A program made the position numbers and the translations under genes. From an uncultured Anaerolineales bacterium (lineage in GTDB: Bacteria; Chloroflexota; Anaerolineae; Anaerolineales; UBA4823): a stretch of DNA of 55,552 nt. A model generated the notes under the pieces. The model had not been told where the DNA came from. It saw only the letters and a list, made by a program, of their open reading frames with translations, and ran no database searches. The stretch lies in contig CAIQJJ010000419.1 in assembly GCA_903872065.1 (NCBI GenBank), positions 1 through 55,552 of the forward strand. Direction: 5' to 3'. Numbering within the stretch: the first letter of the stretch is position 1; every line of letters starts with the position of its first letter. Of this stretch, positions 51,141 to 55,552 are shown piece after piece.

Positions 51141-53540
51141 ATGCGCCCTCGACAAGCTGCGGACGAACGGACTTGCTTTCAAGAAGGCGGCGATTTTCAA
51201 CCGGTGATCGACTCGAAGGCGGACGTCGCCATCGTTTACGGGTTGAATCCCACCTTTGAGAAACGTGTGGAGCATTGGCGGCAGAATGGCTATCGCATCC
51301 ATGTGATGACCGGGGTGGCCTGGGGCGATTATGTGGACTACGTCCGCGGGCAGTGGGACGGCGTTCCGCATTACGATGACGCCCAGGCCGAAACGGGCGG
51401 CTTTCGCATTGAGCATGGCATATCCCAGGGTCATGACGTTTACTACATGATCCCCAGTGTGCCATACAGCCATTACCTGGGGGAGAAACTGCGCCGTGTG
51501 GTAGACGCCGGCGCGCTGGCGCTCCACCTGGAAGAGCCGGAGTTTTGGTCGCGGGGCGGCTATGGCCCAGGTTTCGAGCGCGAGTGGCGCGAGTTCTACG
51601 GCGAGGCCTGGCAAGACCCGGTCTCGTCGCCGGACGCGCGCTACCGCGCCTCGAAGCTGATGAAGCATCTCTATACTCGCGCCCTGACCTACCTGTTCGC
51701 TGAGATCAAGCGCTACGCGCGGGAGAAGGGCGATCCAGATTTCAAATGCTATGTGCCAACGCACAGTCTGGTCAACTATGCGCATTGGCGCATCGTCAGC
51801 CCTGAAAGCGCCCTGCTGGCGATCCCCGATTGCGATGGGGTGATCGGCCAGGTGTGGACTGGCACCTCGCGTACGCCAAATATCTATCGCAGCGTGGAGC
51901 GCCAGCGCACCTTCGAGGCCGGCTACTGCGAATATGCCGCCTGCGCCGGCATGGTGCGCGGCACGGGGCGGCGTCTCTGGCAGTTGGCCGATCCCATCGA
52001 AGACAACCCCAATTACTGTTGGGATGATTATCGCGTCAATTGGGAATGCACGGTGGCCGGCTCGCTGTTGGTCCCCGAAAGTGAAAACTTTGAGATCATG
52101 CCCTGGCCGACGCGCATCTTCACCCGCGCCTATCCCACCGAAAACCTGGACACGCTGCCGTTTGAGCCGCTGCTGGAGAAGTACCTGGCGCTGCTGCACG
52201 AAAAGGGCCAGGTCGAGTTGGAAGCGCAAACCCGCCGGGCGCGGGATCTGTTTACAACCTATCACCGCGAACGCGCCGCCGGCTATCCGGTGGAGACGAT
52301 CGGCTTCGCCGGCCTGCCGGCCTCTTCGGGTGAGTTTCGCTTTGGCGATCTGTGGAGCAGTGTCCTCGGCTTTTACAATCATCTGAGTGGTTGGGCCGAT
52401 CAAGAGGATGCGCAGCGGGTGCGCAACGCCCTCTCCGCCTTCTACCACAACGCGGCCGTTGACCGCGCCTACATCCCGCCGGCGTATGCCACGGAGCTTC
52501 AACTCGTTTACAACGCCCTGGCCGATATGGCCTGGCCGGGCGAAACGCAGTGGATTTCGGGGCAGGGCGGCGTGGGCCTGGGCCTCGCCGATTCGTTGAT
52601 GTTCCAGCGCGGGGAACCGGACGCCAGCGACGAGCATCTCTCTTCGCTGTACGGCCTGGCAATGCCATTGGTCAAAAACGGTGTGGCGCTGTCCATGACG
52701 CAGTTGGAACGGGTGAGCGATCCGGGATACCTGGATGGTCTGCGCATTTTGTTCCTGACTTATGAAGGGCAGAAACCGCCCTCCGCCCAGGCGCATCAAG
52801 CCCTGGTCGCCTGGGTTCAGCGCGGCAATGTCCTGGTGTTGTGTGGACAGGGCGATAGCTATAACCGGGTGCGCGAGTGGTGGAATCAAGATGGGGCGGA
52901 CTTCGAGCGCCCGCAAGACCATCTCACCGAACTGGCCGGCCTGGGCCGCGCCCCCGCCGATGGGTTCTATCCCTGCGGCGAGGGGCTGCTGCTAATCGCC
53001 AGCGCCTCGCCTTGCAAACTGGCTTATGACCCGCAGGGCGCGGACAAGGTGTTCGGGATGCTGCAGCAGGCGGCCGGAAAACTGGGCCTGCCATGCCAGC
53101 CAGCGCACGTCCTGGCGCTGCGCCGCGGCCCCTACGTGGCGGCGGCCGGCATGGACGAAAGCCTGGACAGCGCTCCCTACACCCTGGCCGGGCAGTGGAT
53201 CAACCTGTTCGACGCGCGCCTGCCGGTCACGGTCAACCCGCGCATTGAAGCCGACACGCGCTGGCTGCTCTACGACCTGGCGCGCTGCCCGGCCCATCCC
53301 TGGGTGATCGCCGCAGCCGGGCGGGTGGAAAACGAAACCTTCAGCGCCCAATCGCTGGCGTTCTCGATCTCTGGCATGGCCAAGACGCAGTGCTGCGTGC
53401 GCGCTCGCCTGCCGCAGCCGCCCTCCCAGGCAACGCTGGACGGCGCGGCGCTTGCCTTCGAGTGGGATGCGGACTCTCAGACAGTGCTGCTCCAATTCCC
53501 CAATCTGCCGGCCGGCCAGTCGGTCGAGCTGCGTTGGTAA
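51141..53540 (+). CDS. Large uncharacterised protein (799 aa), paralogue of 15329-18235
   Basis: It shares the blocks EEPEFW..GGYG..FEREW..FYGEAWQDP.SSPDARY, GQVWTGTSRTP, RRLWQLADPIEDNPN and PSAQAHQALVAWVQRGNVLVLCG with the 968-aa protein. GGAG SD. No signal peptide. Confidence 0.75.
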   Translation: MRPRQAADERTCFQEGGDFQPVIDSKADVAIVYGLNPTFEKRVEHWRQNGYRIHVMTGVAWGDYVDYVRGQWDGVPHYDDAQAETGGFRIEHGISQGHDVYYMIPSVPYSHYLGEKLRRVVDAGALALHLEEPEFWSRGGYGPGFEREWREFYGEAWQDPVSSPDARYRASKLMKHLYTRALTYLFAEIKRYAREKGDPDFKCYVPTHSLVNYAHWRIVSPESALLAIPDCDGVIGQVWTGTSRTPNIYRSVERQRTFEAGYCEYAACAGMVRGTGRRLWQLADPIEDNPNYCWDDYRVNWECTVAGSLLVPESENFEIMPWPTRIFTRAYPTENLDTLPFEPLLEKYLALLHEKGQVELEAQTRRARDLFTTYHRERAAGYPVETIGFAGLPASSGEFRFGDLWSSVLGFYNHLSGWADQEDAQRVRNALSAFYHNAAVDRAYIPPAYATELQLVYNALADMAWPGETQWISGQGGVGLGLADSLMFQRGEPDASDEHLSSLYGLAMPLVKNGVALSMTQLERVSDPGYLDGLRILFLTYEGQKPPSAQAHQALVAWVQRGNVLVLCGQGDSYNRVREWWNQDGADFERPQDHLTELAGLGRAPADGFYPCGEGLLLIASASPCKLAYDPQGADKVFGMLQQAAGKLGLPCQPAHVLALRRGPYVAAAGMDESLDSAPYTLAGQWINLFDARLPVTVNPRIEADTRWLLYDLARCPAHPWVIAAAGRVENETFSAQSLAFSISGMAKTQCCVRARLPQPPSQATLDGAALAFEWDADSQTVLLQFPNLPAGQSVELRW

Positions 53541-53558
53541 TCTTTAGACGAGGGCCTG

Positions 53559-54590
53559 ATGATCCGATCTTTGACTTCTTTCACACATCAGATGGTTTGC
53601 GGGATCGCGCTGGCGATCCCGCTCCTATCCATTATCCTGGGGGGCTGCGCCCCCAAATCCCCCACACCGGTTTTGAGCGCCGCGGCGGATGAATTGGCCA
53701 AAATCATCGAGGATGTGCCCGGCGCGACCGCCTACCGCTATCAAGCGGTGGACAGCGCCGGGCACAGCATGGACACGGCCAAGATCATCGCCGATCCGGC
53801 CGGCGGCTACCTGGCCATCTACCACACGCTCAAAGGGACGTTCTTCCAGACGCACCTGGCCATCTCCACCGACCTGCTGACCTGGACTTACCAGCAGACC
53901 TACGGCGACCGCATGCACCAGCCCTATCTGATGGCGCTGTCGAACGGCGGATTCGTCCTGGCCAATGAACGGGACAGTGGTTTTTACAACTGGATCATGG
54001 TGCGCTACTACGCCAGCCGTGCCGACCTCCTGGCCAACCGCGCCCTGCGCAGCTATGAGATTCCGCATACCCTTGTGCCGGCCAAACAACTGGCCGAAGG
54101 CACGCCCAATATCTACTCCGTCACCCTCGACCCCGATATTGATCACTCTACGATTGACATCGGCTTTCACTACTTTATGAAGGGGAATGTAGACCGGCAG
54201 GCGCGCGGGACGCTGACCAATTTCACAAGCTGGACTTCGCAAGCGGAGACCGAAATTGACGACGCTTTGCTGAAGTATGATTTGCGCGGCAATATCGGCG
54301 ATCGCGACCACATCATTTTTCGCGATGTGAGCATTAATATCCAAGAGGGCCAATATGTCCGGCTCGATTTTGGCTCATGGCGGCCCTTCTTGTGGGATTG
54401 GTCAACCAAAACGGCGCGGCAGTTGAACATCCGCACCCACGGCGGCAGCAAAGCCTTCGCCAACCCAACCCTGACGCTGCTTCCAGCGCCAGGCGGCGGG
54501 CAAGCCCTGGCGGTGACGCTCTTTGTGCCGAGCGAAAACTCCGCCCCCGGCGAGGCCGGCGAGTTGATCTACTATAAGACTCTGCCGTGA
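53559..54590 (+). CDS. Hypothetical lipoprotein (343 aa), possibly beta-propeller-like
   Basis: Signal peptide with lipobox ILGGC and an Asp-box-like ISTDLLTW. No family recognised. Starts 18 nt after the upstream stop. Confidence 0.6.
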   Translation: MIRSLTSFTHQMVCGIALAIPLLSIILGGCAPKSPTPVLSAAADELAKIIEDVPGATAYRYQAVDSAGHSMDTAKIIADPAGGYLAIYHTLKGTFFQTHLAISTDLLTWTYQQTYGDRMHQPYLMALSNGGFVLANERDSGFYNWIMVRYYASRADLLANRALRSYEIPHTLVPAKQLAEGTPNIYSVTLDPDIDHSTIDIGFHYFMKGNVDRQARGTLTNFTSWTSQAETEIDDALLKYDLRGNIGDRDHIIFRDVSINIQEGQYVRLDFGSWRPFLWDWSTKTARQLNIRTHGGSKAFANPTLTLLPAPGGGQALAVTLFVPSENSAPGEAGELIYYKTLP

Positions 54591-54666
54591 TGGATTGCGG
54601 ATCGCTGGTTGCGGATAGAAGATTGCAGAATTTACTTCTCCTGGCTTTGTAGAACTTGCTGTGACA

Positions 54667-54711
54667 GGCATCCTGGCATCCTGAGCCTGTCGAAGGATTG
54701 CCGAAGGATGG
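54667..54711. repeat. REP-like element copy (reverse orientation, partially duplicated)
   Basis: GGCATCCTGGCATCCTGAGCCTGTCGAAGGATTGCCGAAGGATGG. Confidence 0.75.
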
Positions 54712-54799
54712 TCAAAGGGTGAATGACTTTAAGCGACAGGCTGCCAGCGAAAGGGGATGTAGGGCGCGTTTCCCGTTATATTTTGCCGCTGTTTTGCCA

Positions 54800-55274
54800 T
54801 TCACATACTGAATGATCCGGCTATGCTCCTTGCCCATGCTCCTACCCGGCGTTATAATCGCCTCTAGCGAGTGACCATTTCGCAAAGCGTTTGTCAAAGC
54901 CGATCGAACACTGGGGCAGCGGCGTCACACGTATTTTAGACCTATGCCAGATGCAAGGATTGCTGCTGCCGCAATTTCAATCGGCCAGCGGCCGTTTTGA
55001 GGTCACTTTCTTCAAAAACTTGTATACCGTGGATAAGTCGCGTTCAGCCGGGTTGAATGAGCGCCAGGCAAAGACACTCCAATGGGTGTTGGAACATGGC
55101 AGAATCAGCAGTGTGGAATACCAAAGTCTGTTTCAGGTATCTCAACGAACCGCCAGCCGGGAATTGGCAGACCTGGTAAAACGAGGCGTTCTGGAAAAGA
55201 TAGGCCGCGCCGGACGGAATGTGCATTATCAGATCAAGACATCCTCCGCCAAAGACGCGGTAAATGCGCCATAA
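54800..55274 (+). pseudogene. Decayed 3' remnant of an AlbA_2/HATPase_c_4-type ATP-binding putative transcriptional regulator (Schlafen-like/RecG-related wHTH protein)
   Basis: ORF 54891-55274 encodes IEHWGSGVTRILDLCQ...FEVTFFKN... plus a C-terminal wHTH (SVEYQSLFQVSQRTASRELADLVKRGVLEKIGRAGRNVHYQ). This matches only the C-terminal third of such proteins. Reading the same frame upstream gives ...HSHTE*SGYAPCPCSYPAL*SPLASDHFAKRLSKPIEHW with two in-frame stops. Confidence 0.5.
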
Positions 55275-55346
55275 ATACGCCAAACCCGCCATTAAATGCG
55301 CCATAAATGCGCCAAACCCGCCACAAATACGCCATAAATGCGCCAA
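55262..55346. repeat. Tandem repeat, 31-32-nt period x about 2.7 built from 11-nt AAATRCGCCAW subunits
   Basis: AAATGCGCCAT AAATACGCCAA ACCCGCCATT / AAATGCGCCAT AAATGCGCCAA ACCCGCCAC / AAATACGCCAT AAATGCGCCAA. Confidence 0.7.
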
Positions 55347-55393
55347 GCAGCCGTCACAAACCATCAAAATGCACAGGGCCCCTCGCAAGCTTT

Positions 55394-55455
55394 CACCGCG
55401 GAGACCGCTGAGTACGCAGAGAAAAAACTCAGCGGTCTCCACGATCTCTGCGGTG
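55394..55455. other. Nested stem-loop (13-bp perfect inner stem, 6-bp outer stem)
   Basis: Inner stem GGAGACCGCTGAG (55400-55412) pairs with CTCAGCGGTCTCC (55428-55440). Outer stem CACCGC (55394-55399) pairs with GCGGTG (55450-55455). It is non-coding by context. Confidence 0.4.
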
Positions 55456-55552
55456 AAATTTTCGCCCTTTGGGGTGTTGCCAAACATGATGTCTATTACG
55501 AAAATAGACCGGTCGGGCGCTTGTAGTGGCGACTTCAGTCGCTAACCTTGCC

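Noticed and set aside
55044-55545. ORFs 55044-55487 (-), 55264-55545 (+) and 55338-55526 (+) at the window end.
   Set aside because: They are built across the tandem repeat and hairpin DNA, overlap one another, and have no recognisable domains.

Overview
This is a 55.5-kb high-GC bacterial chromosomal segment that is almost entirely coding. I found no rRNA, tRNA, CRISPR array, transposase or integrase. The content is a mosaic of carbohydrate uptake and catabolism operons. (i) 1-7938 (-): cytoplasmic GH38 alpha-mannosidase, D-lyxose/mannose isomerase, PfkB kinase, a class II and a class I aldolase homologue, and two URO-D-superfamily genes. (ii) 8208-18235 (-): an Opp/Dpp-type (family-5 SBP) ABC importer headed by a 968-aa uncharacterised protein and ending in an MBL-fold hydrolase. 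Divergent from it are a HutC/GntR regulator, E1alpha/E1beta/E2 of a 2-oxoacid/acetoin dehydrogenase complex (no E3), a mutarotase-like DUF4432 protein and a glycyl-radical-enzyme (GRE) homologue. (iii) 26140-31415 (-): DUF4404, URO-D-like, ATC-hydrolase-like, a GH14/GH42-like hydrolase and a PAS histidine kinase. (iv) 31588-40995 (+): URO-D-like, two xylose-isomerase-like TIM-barrel proteins, a Gfo/Idh/MocA oxidoreductase, a nitrilase-superfamily hydrolase, a second GRE homologue, an AMP-dependent ligase and an AhpD/CMD-like protein. (v) 41008-54590: an AraR-type (GntR-N/LacI-C) regulator, a second family-5 ABC importer, two Gfo/Idh/MocA oxidoreductases, a 799-aa paralogue of the 968-aa protein and a lipoprotein. 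The window ends in a decayed gene remnant and repeats. A REP/MITE-like palindromic repeat family (core ATCCTTCGACAAGCTCAGGATGCC) occurs about a dozen times at seven loci between 27.8 and 54.7 kb, including in-frame insertions in two genes. The most interesting items follow. Two GRE homologues have no activating-enzyme gene anywhere in the window. The large uncharacterised protein plus ABC importer module is duplicated. Four URO-D-superfamily paralogues sit in non-heme contexts. A TIM/TIM/Gfo trio resembles 3-keto-glycoside cleavage machinery. The lineage guess of Chloroflexota (Anaerolineae-like) rests on repeat type, SBP linkers and gene content, and is inference only. All family calls come from reading the translated ORFs by eye; no database search was run.
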